From contig JBLDXI010000021.1 of assembly GCA_047495785.1 (NCBI GenBank), forward strand, positions 992,001-1,056,000: a stretch of DNA of 64,000 bases, written 5' to 3'. The stretch's first letter is position 1; each line of letters begins with the position of its first letter. The notes below the pieces were generated by a model. It saw only the letters and a program-made list of their open reading frames with translations, had not been told where the DNA came from and searched no databases. The DNA comes from Lepidodermella squamata. Taxonomy: Eukaryota; Animalia; Gastrotricha. This document shows, in pieces, positions 25,870 to 39,532 of the stretch. The translations under genes were made by a program, and so were the position numbers.

Positions 25870-27034
25870 TTATTTCGCGACTAGAGTAATAGCGGTGATA
25901 ATGGCCAATGCGCCCAGGGTCGCATCAACACGCCCAGCACCGCTATCGGCCGGTTTCGCCTGGTCCGTACGGCCAGTATTAGCCGTCGCGACGCTGGCGG
26001 CGCCTGTTGTTCGAGAGTTGGTCGCAACACGACGGCCGTACATTTGCTGCAAATTGCGGGAAGCCTGCGCCACAGGACCGCCCTGGCCTCCGATGGCCTG
26101 AACCTTTCGGAAAACAGCCATTTGAGCACGTGAAATGGGTTGTTTCGCGGCGAAAATAGTCCAGACGGCGCTTTCTGTGCACGGCGGGGTCGCCAGCGAG
26201 CCGTTGTAGCGGTAAAATTGCGTTGTCGTAGCAAGAGCTGGCAGCATGTTGATCAACGTAACGTTAACGCTGACGAGAGCTCCAGCTTGTGCAATGCGAT
26301 CAACAGCCGCAATCATCGGAGCAATCGCATTGTTTGTATCGCCAAACTGAAAAAAGATTGAAACGCTTATCGTCTTGAATTTTGGGATTTTTATTAAAAT
26401 TTACGGTGAATAGGTAGGAGAAAACAGCAAACTGGTCAATCAAGCCATCATCGTTGTTGCTTTTGCTGGATCGATACGTTAGCAGTTGCATTTCCAACGG
26501 GGCTGGTTTATAGTCGACATAGTGATCGGAGCCTTTCATTAAATTAAATAAAAAAAAATCCACCTTAAGATATTGGAATTTTTTTATTTACCCTCGCAGT
26601 CGGTGCCAGCCCATCGGAATTCGATGCTTCGGATGAAGTATTCACCCGACAGTCCACCGCCCATGATTTTAGGCAGACGTTGGTCTTCATCTTGCAGGTC
26701 GACGGTCCATTTGATGCCTCGATTGCCAGGATTGCTCAGGGTTCCGTTGATGTTATTTTGGAAATTTACGAATCGCAGAGTGGTGAGAGATTGGTCGTAG
26801 AATACTTCGAAGGTATTTATGGCAATAGGACTTTGACGGCGACCAGTCAGGCAAATAGGGCTCCATTTCTCTTGAGCTGTGAAAGGCAAAAACGTTTTAA
26901 ATTTTATTTATTCACGAATTTCGTTTACCAGTATAAGACCAGTTATCAGTATCATCAGCTGTTTGAACACGGAAATGGGTTAGCGAGTCGAAAATGACCA
27001 ATGCCAGCAGGTAGAATGCGTTCCGAAACGCCAT
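25870..27034 (-). CDS. CA1: acatalytic alpha-CA-related protein, signal peptide and GPI-like tail
   Basis: WSY, CLTGRRQSPI, IEFRW (in place of FHFHW), GSDH, LEMQL, YRYNGSLATPPC, hydrophobic C-terminus. Confidence 0.9.
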
Positions 27035-27411
27035 TTCAACCTTCAACACGAGACGAGTGAGTTTTACTCAACAAAACTACTGCAAGTACAGTTAGGTATA
27101 GGTATATGATTTGGACACAAAAAAGCTCCTATTCCGCGTCGTGTCGATGCAAAAGGATCAAGGCTCCCTGCGAGCAAACAGCGACGCATGCTCACCTGTA
27201 ATCTGGTTTGATTAAAAAACATCGGTGCAAAAAATTTATTATTGTTCTGCAAAATTTTCTGTAATCGTTCTAATCGCCGCGTGATTAAGCGACCGGTTCG
27301 AAATCAAGGCCTGTATAATGGCTATAATAAAAGGAGGCGGGAATAAAAATTAATTCTTTTATTGCTCTGCCTTGCGTCAGATCATTGAACGAACGGTGAC
27401 TAATATAATAT

Positions 27412-28598
27412 CTACTCAGCAGCCCAGTTCGCGTAGACGATGCTGCTGTCGTCGACCTGACTTTTAAGGCGGCTACGCATCTCCCGCATTGACGCAATCG
27501 ATGGCTCGGCGGCGCTGTTTCGTGTTTTGACTAGCGAGTCGTAGTAATTACGGCTCATCGGCAGGCGCCGTTCAGATACGAACCAAGCGACTGATTGTTG
27601 AAAGCACGGCGGCTCGGTCAACGTGCCCTGGTACCGATAGAAGCGCGGGTAATTCTCGAGGCCCGGAACTAGGCGGGACAGGACAAGCGGGACCGGCAAA
27701 ATACCAATCGGATTCAGCGTTAAAAATTCCCATTCTGAAGAATGAGCTAACGAGCTGTTGTGCTCACGAGCTAAAATTTTTCTCGCATCCGTCAGCTTTT
27801 CGTCATCGAAAAAATCGAACAAAACTGCTAAGACAAGCAGGCCATTTTTCCGCGGCTTTGCTTTATCAAATGTTTGAAATTTGATGTTAAAAAATACCAA
27901 ATGTACCTATAGATTCAGAGAGAATTCGATGAAAATATAAGATTCAATAGAGGACTTACTTCAACGGGAGATAATTCAAGTTCTATTGCGTGGAATGAAC
28001 CTTCGCAAGTTGACATTCCGAAGTGAATCTGAATTTCATGAAGGGCGTAAATTCCCCCCAAGTGGCCGCCGTCAATCGTAGGTAGTTGATGCCAGTTCGA
28101 TTTCTTCAATGGAACCCATACTCCTGGTAGAATAATAAAAATAGCAATTTTTTTATTAAAAATAGATTTTTTACGCGAATTTCTTGTAGTAGCAGAAACC
28201 ATTCCATACATTTCTTTGCCGAAATTTTCAAATCGAATTGGGTGCTTGATAAAATCGGAATCGAGTTTCGAGGAATATGGGCACAACAACATAGGGCCGA
28301 TATTTCGACTTGGGTAGCACAAATTATCCGAGTTGATAATCGAAGTCAAATTAGGCTCGGGCGTGAAAAAATGAGCGTTGCGAGGGACATTTTCGGTAAC
28401 AACCTGCGAAGTTGCGGGGGATGTAGTCGATTTTAGCTTCGATTGTTTCGCGTTTAGTTGCTTTTTCGGAGCTTTTTTCGCCGCCTTCTTATCCGGCAAG
28501 AGACGACCGTCGATCAGATCGATATTCAGCAACTCATCGCTGGCAACCAACAACGTATTGATAAGAAAAATCAACAGTGCGAAATTTTCAAAATTCAT
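27412..28598 (-). CDS. CA2: divergent alpha-CA-related protein (Q94/H96/H119), secreted, Lys-rich N-terminus
   Basis: EIQIHFG, GSFH, PVE|VHLVFFN, YRYQGTLTEPPC. No hydrophobic tail. Confidence 0.85.
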
Positions 28599-28945
28599 AA
28601 TTGCTGAAGTTATGGCACAACTTTGAGATGAAATTATCCTTCCTCGAACATGAGGCGTAATATTTATGGGTATTAGTCACTAGAGTAGCCTAATTGGATC
28701 CGCTCCAGTGGAAGTCAGCTGCTAGCTTATTAGTTCTCACATGGACGGTGTGGTATCTCCATTTTTCTTTCCGCCCTCGCAACTTTCTGGCTGACCCTGA
28801 TCAAATCACACGGTAGCGTTTATTTTTGCTGCCTTAATTATAAGCAATACACAACGAAAAATCTTAAAATATCATAAGTTATTATTACGAGCATTTTTGT
28901 TGCTTTTCAATTATGACTTGAATTTCGCGAAAATTTTCGTTAATT

Positions 28946-31109
28946 TTACGGTCTGACATTCGTGAGAACTTTCCGCCCATACAACTGCTGAATATCGCGG
29001 TGAACAGTTGGCAAAGGCGTGTCGTCATCCGATAGAGCGTATCGAAAAGCGGCGATTTGCTGCTTTGAAATCGACTGACGTGCCGCGAAAACCGTCCAAA
29101 CGGCGTTTTCCGAACACGGTGGCTGGGCCAGTGACCCGTTGTAGCGGTAATATTGAATCGTGCTTGGCAACGGAGGCAGCAAGGCGCTTAGGGTAATGTT
29201 CATCATGTCTGGTTATAATTATTTTTTATTAAGAAAATTGGGGGGAAAAAATATATACTCTCGCTTCCGAAATATGAAATTCTCTCAACCGCAGCGATTA
29301 GTGGATCTATTGCATCGTTCGATTCTCCCAACTGCAAGAAAAAAAACGAAATTTCCAAATAAAGTTCTCATTTTTCTCTGAATACCTGGTAGAGATAAGC
29401 GAATATAGCGAAATCAGCCGGTCTTTCGTTATTCTGCTGAGTTGTCCGATAAGTCAGCATCTGGAGCTCAAACTGAGCAGGTTTAACATTGATGTAGTGA
29501 TCGGAGCCTGAAAATCAGAAATTTTTCGAAAATCTCTAAAAATGTCCCTAATTGATACCATCGCAATCAGAATTGCTCCATCGGAAATCAATGCTATGAA
29601 CGAGATATTCCCCGTCCAGGCCACCTCCACTAACTTTTGGCAGGGCTGGGCTGAAGTCTGGCAAACTAACACGCCACTTGATGCCACGATTCCCGAGATT
29701 CCCGACAGTTCCAGCTATCGGGAAGCTGAAGTTCATGTAGCGTATCCCTGTCAATGACCGTTCGTAGACTGCATCGAACGTATTGATGTGAACAGGCGAT
29801 TGTTGCTTGCCTTTCAAACACATAGTCGGCCAGATATCTTGCGCTGAAAATTAAAAAATTCAGTGAAATTTACAAAATAATTCCAGCAAGCTTTTACCTG
29901 ACCATGACCAGTCAGCTGCTGATACAAAATCAAGATTCGGCCTTCTCACAGGTGGCGCAGTTGTTGGTTCCGTAACCTCCGATGGATCAGGTGTAGTCAC
30001 TATCGGTCTTTTGCACATGCCTCTAGCAATTACCGTTCCAGTGACTAGGGACGACCTGAAATTTGAAAGAATGCATCGGCCATAGGTTGGGCGAACCAGG
30101 CGATGAGGCTTTGAAGGATTGCGCCTGGTTGCGTCGGTTATCCTGCGAAAGTACGCCAATTGAGCGCTGGAAATAGACAGTTTGTTGCCGAAAACTGTCC
30201 ACGTGGCTGATTCGGTGCAAGGCGGGGTGGGCAACGAGCCGTTGTAGCGGTAAAATTGCGGCGTGACGTATGATGGCGGTATCAAAGTTTCCAAATCGGT
30301 ATCATAAGGCTCTTCAAAAATAAAAAATTATTTAAAACCAATAAAAAGCCTTGAATTATTACTCGAAGTCGCATATTGGGTGACCCAGTCGACGCCATCT
30401 TTAATTATTCCTTCCAGGTAAGAACTGGCCTCGCCGAGCTGGAAAAATCGTGAAAATAATCGGATTTTTTTCTTTAAGCTGGAATTTACCGTGAACATGT
30501 AGGAAAAAATTGCGAAGTCATTTGTTTGGTCATCGAGACCCATTAGCAAGCTAGCTCGCGAGGTGATCAACTGCATCTCCAAAACAGCCGGCTGGCCGTC
30601 TATTGTATGATCGGAGCCTATACTCAACAACAGCCTTTAACGATTTATACGAAAATGACAGTGATTTACCTTCTTTATTGTCATCGCTCCATCGGAACTC
30701 AATGCGACGTGCGAAGTAGGTATCACCTAGACTGCCGCCGGTTATTTTTGGTAATCTTCCGGTGGATTCACTCGGACTTTCGATCGTGTATCTCAATCCC
30801 TGATCGCCAGTGTTGCGAAGCCATCCCGAGAGAGGGGTGTCGAAATTGATGAACCGAAATCGCTCGAGGGACTGGTCGTAATACACCTCTGATGAATTTA
30901 TATTGATAGGGGATTGAGCTCGACCTATTGAGCACTCGCCTGGTCGCCATGTTCTTTGAGCTAAGATCAAAATTTGATTATAAAATCATTAATTTATTAA
31001 AAATGAGACCTGTGTAGGTCCAACTATCGCCGAACTGAGCTTGAATGATCGGAAGAAATCCGCTGATAAACAGCAACAACCAAGCATTCATTTCCTTCAA
31101 CAGGTTCAT
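28946..31109 (-). CDS. CA3: double-domain acatalytic alpha-CA-related protein
   Basis: One signal peptide. Domain 1 has IEFRW/GSDH/EMQ/GSLPTPPC, then a Pro/Thr linker ending DWSWS|. Domain 2 has IDFRW/GSDH/ELQ/GSLAQPPC. Confidence 0.85.
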
Positions 31110-31579
31110 TTTACCGGCCAAGCACTTGATCATTATTAAGTTTATGCGGAGAAAATGGCCAGCGATAAACACGGCTTGTTTGTTGTATCGACTGCAATGC
31201 ATCGAATAGGTGTGAAGTTGTGTAGGCCAGCTCGTGTTAGAGATCAATTGGCCTGATAAACAAAACACGGGCAAATTTGACACAATAGTCGTGCTCTCAC
31301 GTGTTGTAATTACTCTTTCGGTACGCGTATTGCTCAGGTCACGACAGCAAAGAGATGAGCATCTCATAAAAACAGCCAGAAATAATGCGAATAAACAAAT
31401 TAAAAACAACTTTTATTACTGATATTCCGCAATTTCAACAAGAAAAATGACCAACGGGTTGAAACGAAATAATTAGCTGATTAAAAGCGCTACCGGGAAT
31501 AAAAATAAAATGTATGCATAAATAGCATGCTAATTAAGGGCTTAATTTAAATAATGTTTAATAAGCGATTTTGGATTGA

Positions 31580-32632
31580 TTACAGAAGCAATTTGGCAAT
31601 TAGACCGCTGGCAAGCAAGAACGGCAGTGAGGAGGTCGATTGAGCGCCCGCGCCATACGCGGCCTTGTCGTTCGAATAAACCACACGGCCGTGCAGTTTT
31701 TGGATCGAGCGGTAGTTGAGCGAGGTCGCGTGTTCGCCTTTCGCGTTCACCTGATGAATAGAGCGGAACTTGGCTAGCAGGGCCGGGTCGGCATCGGCGT
31801 GCTGGGTGATGACAGTCCACGTGACTGATTCGTCGCAAGTCGGCGTCGTTAACGAGCCGAGGTAGCGGTAAAAACTCTTCGTATTTGTCAAAATGTCCTC
31901 GATATACCGAGTCATATTGACACGACGCTCTAGAAAAAAATCGATAAATTATTTAAAAAAATCAGATTTTAATTTCACACCTGGGACGGTCGCTTTCGGC
32001 ATTTTGAGGTTGTCCAGGAGACTGCTGTACTCTTGCGACAAAAATTGGCCGAGTTTCGAGTTGACATGACTCGCGTCTTTCGCCGCGTTTATTAGGATAC
32101 CAACAACAGCCAGGCCATCGCTTTTGCTCTTAGCTTCGACGAGGTTTTGATATTTGGTGTTAAAATGAACCAAATGCAGCTCGAGAGGTGAACGCGTGTA
32201 ACTATAAAATTTCCAGAATTAATTAAAAAAATCGAAATTCTGGTTAAATTACTCAATGACGTGCTCCGAGCCGTCACAATCGCTAACGCCCCAATGAAAG
32301 TGAAGAGAATGAAACTGGTATTCGCCCTTGAGACCACCGCCAGAAAGCTTAGCCTTCGAGCTGCTGTTGGCACTAGCGGCAAACGCAACTGAATGGCCGT
32401 TGTTGATGTAGTCACCAAGCGTAAGATCGGCGGGATAGCTGAACTGCAGGTAGCCCAGGCGAGGGTCGTGGACAGCCTCTTGAAGGCTCAGGGCAACGGG
32501 TGACTGGCGCCGGCCGGTTTTGCACACGCCGCCCCAGTTGCGGCCGATTTCGGCGTAGTCCCAAGGCGCATCGGCGCCAAACGTGAACTCAGCCGCGAGA
32601 AGTGATAAACAGACAATCTTGAGCAGAGACAT
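31580..32632 (-). CDS. CA4: alpha-carbonic anhydrase with canonical active site and GPI-like tail
   Basis: NNGHS (His64), LHFHWG, GSEH, ELHLVH, YLGSLTTPTC. Confidence 0.95.
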
Positions 32633-34178
32633 ATTTTTAAAAAAATCCTAAAATAAAAAGACGAAATTAATTGTGAAAATGTTAATTTAATTGTGATAGG
32701 ATTAGCATAGTGGGGTTATATTGGTTCGTTCTAGAAATTATGGAAATCCGTCATAATAAGTAGCGTCAGAGACGCGTCGGATGCGGATAAAATAAATTTT
32801 CGATTCTCTTTAAGATCTGAATTGAAGGCTCTTCTTCGAAACCAGAGTTACCAGTTCAAAACAAGTAATTAACACGAGCCGAGACTAACACGCGATTCTA
32901 CCGCTACGGATGACTGACCCCGCAATGCAACAGGTACCGCTCGATTTTTTAGTAATTGAGTCATCTAAAGGCGCAGTCAGCCGTATCGCCAGTCCTAAAA
33001 ACGCCAGTGAAATATATTCTAGAAATTTCGCTAAAAACAACAATAAACTCAGTTCCGATTTCGAGTTCATCGCGGTAACAAATCCCGTTTGTGTTTATTG
33101 CCACAAGGGTTACAATAACATAATTTCAGCGGATAACTATCGTTTGCTCATAGACACACCCTGATAAGACCAGTAATATATGGAAGTAGACCAGCAGAGA
33201 GTTCACTTAACAAGACATATACTTAACTGGAGAGGAAAGATTACATTTACTTAACGGAGCCGGGCGTTATTTATGATTTAACAGGCGGCCAGTGTGTTAG
33301 CTGCTACAGGCAATATAACATCACTTTGTGTGGTACAAAATAAATCCGTCAGAAAAAACCGTGTTCGGAAGCTATCGCGTGCGGTGTAATTGCGCGCGCC
33401 GCTCGAGCAGCGCCATTGGCGTCGGCTTTATTCTGGTGCAGAACAAGCAGAGCGGCGTGAGTTGATCATAATGCGGAGTAATATCGGCAACTTCGGCGTC
33501 TACTTGAATCGGGTTATTTTTTAATCATTACGTGCGGCTGACTTTTTATATATAGATGATAAAGACTCGGTATAAAACACATCAACTCCCGAAAGCAATC
33601 ATGAGCGGTTTCAGACTGTGTATGAAATCTCGGCGCGGATCCATTTTATTGAGGTTAAAACAACTGCCACGGATAACATTATTGAAGATCAACGACTGCA
33701 CCGCAACAGACAATTGTTCTTTTTTATATTTATATCGAAGGGCGTCGAAATTTGAGATTTATAAGCTCCGTATTTTTTTATTTATACGTTAGTTAATCTC
33801 GGGATTGATAATTTATGCATTCGCTGAGTTGGCTACTCTACGCACGTGATGTAGCCAGATCGACGCCCTCAACCCACGCTTTCTCGGCTATTCTGTGAGC
33901 TCGTACGATCTCCTGCTTGGCCCAGGCCACAAATTCAGGCACCTGAAACGAGTAAAGCGATAGAATTTTAATAAGAAAAATTATGGCAATAAAGTGTAAC
34001 AAGAAAAAATATGCGAAAATTTAATTCACTTGAAACCTTGAAATTGGTCAAAAAATAAAATCTGAATTTTGGAGTTTAAAATCGTCGAAATCACCCTTCT
34101 AAATGTGGCCTCTCATCTATTAACATATCCCAAATGAAGTTTTGAAGGATACAAAATGGAAAAGCTATGAGGCAATCT

Positions 34179-35577
34179 TTAAAGTTTGAATCCCAGTTTC
34201 TCAATGCCCCGATCGATTCCTTGCTCATCTTCGATCTTTGAAAAAGCCCCACTCCTCCATTTTACATGAAAATTATTGAAGCGAATGTTTAAAATTTACC
34301 TCTCGAAGTTTGAACCTCATCTTCTTTGCAGTTTCATCACCTGTTACTGTAAAGGACTGGGTCACCATTCCTTTATCGACACTTGAGTCAAGTCTAGGCT
34401 CCAACTGGGACTTGGCTGTAATTTGAACAGATTTTCCCTGCCGAACCAAAGGGCGAGTTATCAATGTAAAACAGAATGGAAAACATACCGCGAGATCTGA
34501 ATTCGAATTTTCGCGATTTTCTCCAATGTCATTCAGGTTACGATCAATTATTCTGGGCCGCCCCCTCTGACGGGTTTTCGGTGAATGATCAACCGCCTCA
34601 AGCGCCATTTTTTCCGGCTATTGAAGACAAATTTAGACGAAAATTAACAGCCCAAATAAATTCTATATCATACAGAAGAAACAGAATTTTCAACACTATT
34701 GACACGATTTAGGCTCTCATTTTCAGGATTCTGGTCGATTTTTCTCGGCCGACCTCGTTTGCGGCGTATTTCCGGAGAATTCGTGGTGTCTTCGATCAGC
34801 TTTTCCGCCACAACACTCGTCTTCGAGACGGTGGAGGGCTTTGTTCGTGACTTGACGGCAACTCTTGCTTCTGCCCACCATTTCTTGATCACCTTCTCTT
34901 CGAGGCATAGTTCTTGAACTAAGCATTGTAACCGATCGAAGGTTAGGGACTGTTTTGTAGCGAAGGCCTGCATTATCTTAGGTTGGAAAACTGTTTTCAA
35001 CTAAAACGGAATAAACTCACGACTTCGAGTGCAGCTTTTTGCGTATCATTAATGGCAACCTCATCATCGGGCTCTTCAACCTCTTGGATGACGAAAAACG
35101 TCTTTTTACGACTGGTTTTCGGTTCCTGGACTGCTGCCGTTTCAGTACTGTCGACAGTAACTGCTGATTTCTTCATCAGTGCCATCAATTTTTCGTCCTG
35201 AATTTTTGATAATTCTAGTTCTTAAACTTTTTAAAAAATCTCAAACTTACTTTCACGCAATCCGATACTTTAATAACCAAATGATTTTCCGACCAAATTT
35301 GCACGATATCCATGAATTCAGAGTAACTATCGGTCACGTCACTCGGCACGAATGATGTCGACGGGTCGGGGGCAACTGCCTGAGGCCACATCGGTGGTGA
35401 ATTATTGCTGAATTGAGGGTATGGAAAATAAGGCCATGGCCACGAGGGAGGAGGATATTGGCCCGGAGGCGTGAAATTGCGATTGTAATTCGGCGGGGGC
35501 AAATATGTCGATGCCCAGTCAGTATTAGAGCCGCCGTAGGGAAACATTGACGACAGACCTTGCACGTAAGGATTCAT
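34179..35577 (-). CDS. Divergent homeodomain protein with two AT-hooks and a Pro/Tyr-rich N-terminus
   Basis: Spliced QKAALEV|AFATKQSLTFDRLQCLVQELCLEEKVIKKWWAEAR aligns without gaps to the homeodomain consensus. AT-hooks RKRGRPRK and RQRGRPR. The 3' end is uncertain, with a possible extra exon at 33838-33942. Confidence 0.7.
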
Positions 35578-35827
35578 AACCTTGAGTTAACAGAGATAAG
35601 GTATAAGTCAATAATCAAGACTCATTTTAATTATCTTTTTACAAAGATTTTGCGATTGACTAAATTGGCGTGCGCTCAAAGCGTGCACTCGAGTATCCGC
35701 ACTCAAGCGAAAAAGTGTCCCTTTGCTTCATTTCAAAGCACACCCACAAGTTCGAGTCCTCCGCGGTTTTGACAAAACCATGTTTTTCGAATTTATATAA
35801 TCAGAAAAGCTAGAGAATTTTATGATA

Positions 35828-36538
35828 CCGTGGCGTGGGGTAACTTGGCCGGAAATATGGTGTTTTCAACCTCTTACGTCCCCGATAACTTGTTTCGCTT
35901 TAAATTTTATACCAAAAAATCTCCGTCCTATTCTCGATCGATTGGTCAAAACCCGGTCGACGACCGATGAAATCAATCGAATCTGTGGAGGTTGAAGTGA
36001 TCTTGACGAAGTGGGGTAACTTGGCCGCCTGGCTATTTCACTTGGCGATGAACCATCTGGCAGAAACTAGGGCGATGATTCATCACGCGCTCTCATGTCT
36101 AGGCCAACTTTTAGTGCGCATTTCGCACGTTAAAAATCGGCCAAGTTACCCCACAAAATGCAGGTAATTACCGCTCGCGATTGCGACATCAGTTTCCTGA
36201 GTTCATGGTGTCATTTGAAAGATATCACCGAGAGGAATCTTTCTGTGAAATCGGCATCTGCCTCCGATCCCAGATCCCAGATCCCAGATCCCGATCCCAG
36301 ATTCCTTGTTATAACTGCTCAAAATCTCGGCGCCTAAAATGAACGAGTTGGTACTGACCTTTTCCTTGTCATTTAAAAAACGATTTTCGAATTCGGCAAA
36401 AAGGGAGTTGTAGCTCAGGTGGCAAGGAATGTTCCTATGAAAAAATTTTCGTGAAGAAGGTTTTTCTCGATGTGATATCGACCAGAAGGCGACTTTTTCG
36501 GCCAAGCAACCCCCCGGCCAAGTTACCCGACGCCACGG
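35828..36538. mobile_element. Non-autonomous TIR element (MITE, Tc1/mariner/pogo-like), TA-flanked
   Basis: 25-bp terminal inverted repeats CCGTGGCGTSGGGTAACTTGGCCGG (1 mismatch), TA on both sides, internal inverted copies of the TIR core at ~36011-36027 and ~36138-36153. No transposase. Confidence 0.85.
36266..36302 (+). repeat. (GATCCCA)n short tandem repeat inside the MITE
   Basis: About 5 copies, one with a deletion. Confidence 0.85.
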
Positions 36539-37089
36539 TATCAAAGTAGGATTTTTTAATATTCGGAAAATTATTTTTTAGAAATTAATTGAGAAGTATT
36601 TTTCGCGCTTATCAAGTTTTGAAAACTTCATTTTTAAATAGCTTTTAAATAGCTTTAAATTGTTTTATTAGGTGGCAATGTGATTCCACAAATTCTGATG
36701 ATTTTTCTATTTTTTCCGCATTTCTGGCAATTTTTCGCAAAGTGTATTTGCCTGAAAAATTCCAATATATGGTTCAATCGCAATTATGGTTGGATTTGAT
36801 TTTTCTGGCTTTAAAACACGGAGATTTGCGAAGATCACCTGCAACGGTTACTAGGTCCAAGGTTATAACCTGTCCATCAAATCCCCGCGCTTTTTTCCTT
36901 TGTGCGAAAACGGAACTTTTTGATCGTAATAAAACATTTTTTCGAACCATGAAAGACGTTTTTATTCGAAAACAAAACACAAAGGTATCGCAAACAGGCG
37001 TATTCATCATGATGAGAGTTAGCAGCTATATGTCGGCTATATGAGATATCACTAATTGAAATGAAAATTTAAAAGCTGGTCAATGCAGT

Positions 37090-39532
37090 TCAATCGGAGA
37101 CGAGAATCATCGACGGGCATGATATGCCAATTCGGCAAGGTGCGTCAAGGTAATCACCCCTGTGCCACAGATTGTCGCGGGGGTCGAAGGTCACCATTTC
37201 ATAGGGTGACAGCCCGGGCCGGCCTTCGCTGTTGAATGACAGCAAACAACACAGTAGCCCACCATAGGTTACAGCTGTGACGAAAGGTGCCGCGATAGGG
37301 AGAGGCACGCCATCGAATCGTTGTAGAGAAACTGGGTCAAATCGCTCGACTGATTTTAGGGCGCCATTTTCGCCCGAACCACCCACGCAATAGATCTGAT
37401 CGCCGACCAGGGCGATGCCGGCGTGAGATCGTTTGGTAAGTAAGTTCGGAGCTTCGAGCCACTGGACATTATCATATTGCCAGGCGTCTTCAAATAGCTT
37501 GGAGACCGGGAGATACGTGATGCTATCGGTTACACTCGATCCATGGTCTTTGTTTCCATTAACGCGACCCCCTAAATAGATAAAACAATAATGATTCAAA
37601 TTATTATCACGATTAGTCAAACTGATACTCCAGGCTTTGATTTAACCTCAATTTAGTGTTTAAATATTTACGTATGTGCCCGATAGGACCCTAAATTTGG
37701 GGTTTGCACTTGGCAAACATTTAGAACTAAGAAAGTCAGAAATCTGCTAAATCTATCTTAACAGTGGCCAAGCCACCTTTGTGTGAACAAGAGCTAATAA
37801 TTATGAATCACCGCTGCATTTTTCGCAAATTGATGATTCATAATTTATGCAAAAAGATCACACCAAGACTATTTTTTGAGAAGCCAGCTTTTCAACTTTA
37901 CCGAAAATATAACTGATCACAACAATTAATTATTGGAACTAAGAAAATGTAATACTATTGAAAACCGCTAAACTGAATGAACTCGATATAGTAATTGAAA
38001 TTAAGTACGATTACTCACCTATCGCAAAAATCCTGTCGACGACACTTATTAGGCCAACGCCGTTCGCAGCTCCTGAAGGAAGCGCAGCGATCGGACTCCA
38101 TTTGAGGCTCGAAGCGTGTAAAATTTCGCAGTTATCTGATGTCGAATCGCTGTTCTTTTGTTCCTGAATTCCACCTTGAACCAGAATCAAATCAGCATAG
38201 CTCACGGAAAGCACTGATGGGCGATAGCGAGGTGTTCTCATCGACGGCATAGTTCGCCAATCGCAGGTTGGAAGGTCATAGGAGAGCTAAATTATTTAAT
38301 AAAAGGAAAGGAATTTGTATTATACGGGATTTATTAATAAACGTACCACAACACTTGAGGTTGGCGAGTGACCGCCTTCCCCGCCCTTACAGCCAATTAC
38401 GCCGAGAGATCGACCGTCGATCGGGAAAACGCTGATCGATTCTTCTTTCAAATTGTAAGGCGCATAAATACCGCAGAACCACTTCGATTGAGCCCAGTCG
38501 TAATGACATAAAAACGCCCCAGCTATTAATAAAAAATAATGCTAGAAATACAGCTATATGACGGTATTTTAGCAACTTACCGGCATTGCAAATGACTATG
38601 CCGCCCCTTGGCTGCTCCGGCCAATCAGACTCTTCTTCGATTTTATCATGGCAGCTCTCGAGCAATTTCCTGAAAAATTCCAATTAGTATCAAAATCTCT
38701 CTTAATTAATTTTTTTACCTGATATATTCATCTTCATTGAGAAGCTTGTTGGTCTTCAGGTGATTGGTCAAGTAGTCCTGTTTCATCATTGGAAGTCGGA
38801 TCTTGCGAATTAAATCAGCCAGGTGGCGTCGTCGGTAATCAGGATCGGTCGATGTCCACCTTAAAATTAGGTCAAATAGCGTTTCTTCAGTAACCGAGCC
38901 GCAGAGTCCAGTATCCAATAGTCGCCGTAGGAAACCAAAATCAACTAGCTCGAATCCGGGCTGTTTCGAAAGAACAGCTAGGCCTTGTCGGGAAACGAAT
39001 TCAATCAACAAATCCGATAAAACCTGGCTTGAAATTTGACTGCTAAGTTGGGCTAATTGGTAGACGTTTCTTGTAGAAAGGCCATGCGATAAATATTCGC
39101 AGCATTTGACCTCGACGTCACGCATCATTAGATAACACGCGCCTTGAAGCATCTACAAAAAATCATAAAGGTCATAAATTGAAAAATAATTGGCTACAAA
39201 AAAACCTGTCTCGCGTTTTCATCCGTAATTTCCAACCGCCTTGAGTACATGTATTCAAGAATTGCTTTCAGTGCCTCAGCGTCGATTGCATTCCGATCAA
39301 GGTCGATGGTTAATTTTTCGGTGTTATCAGAGCCGATGTTTCTCAGCATATCGCGAAGCCGCGGACTAGCTGCCGATAAGACAACCCGATGAGCCGCGAA
39401 TTTATTCGCCTCGTCCAGAACTAGCGTAACATCGTTCATATGGCTATCGACGTAAATCGAGTGGAGAGAGGCGAAAAATTCGCCGACAAAAGGGCACAGT
39501 TCCGATCTTTGCTGACGATTGCCATTAAACAT
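37090..39532 (-). CDS. BTB-BACK-Kelch (KLHL-like) protein
   Basis: BTB motifs FAAHRVVLSAAS and ILEYMYS; BACK motif EETLFDLILRW...IRLP; Kelch repeats with GG doublets (LILVQGG, IFAIG|G, IYCVGG). Confidence 0.92.
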
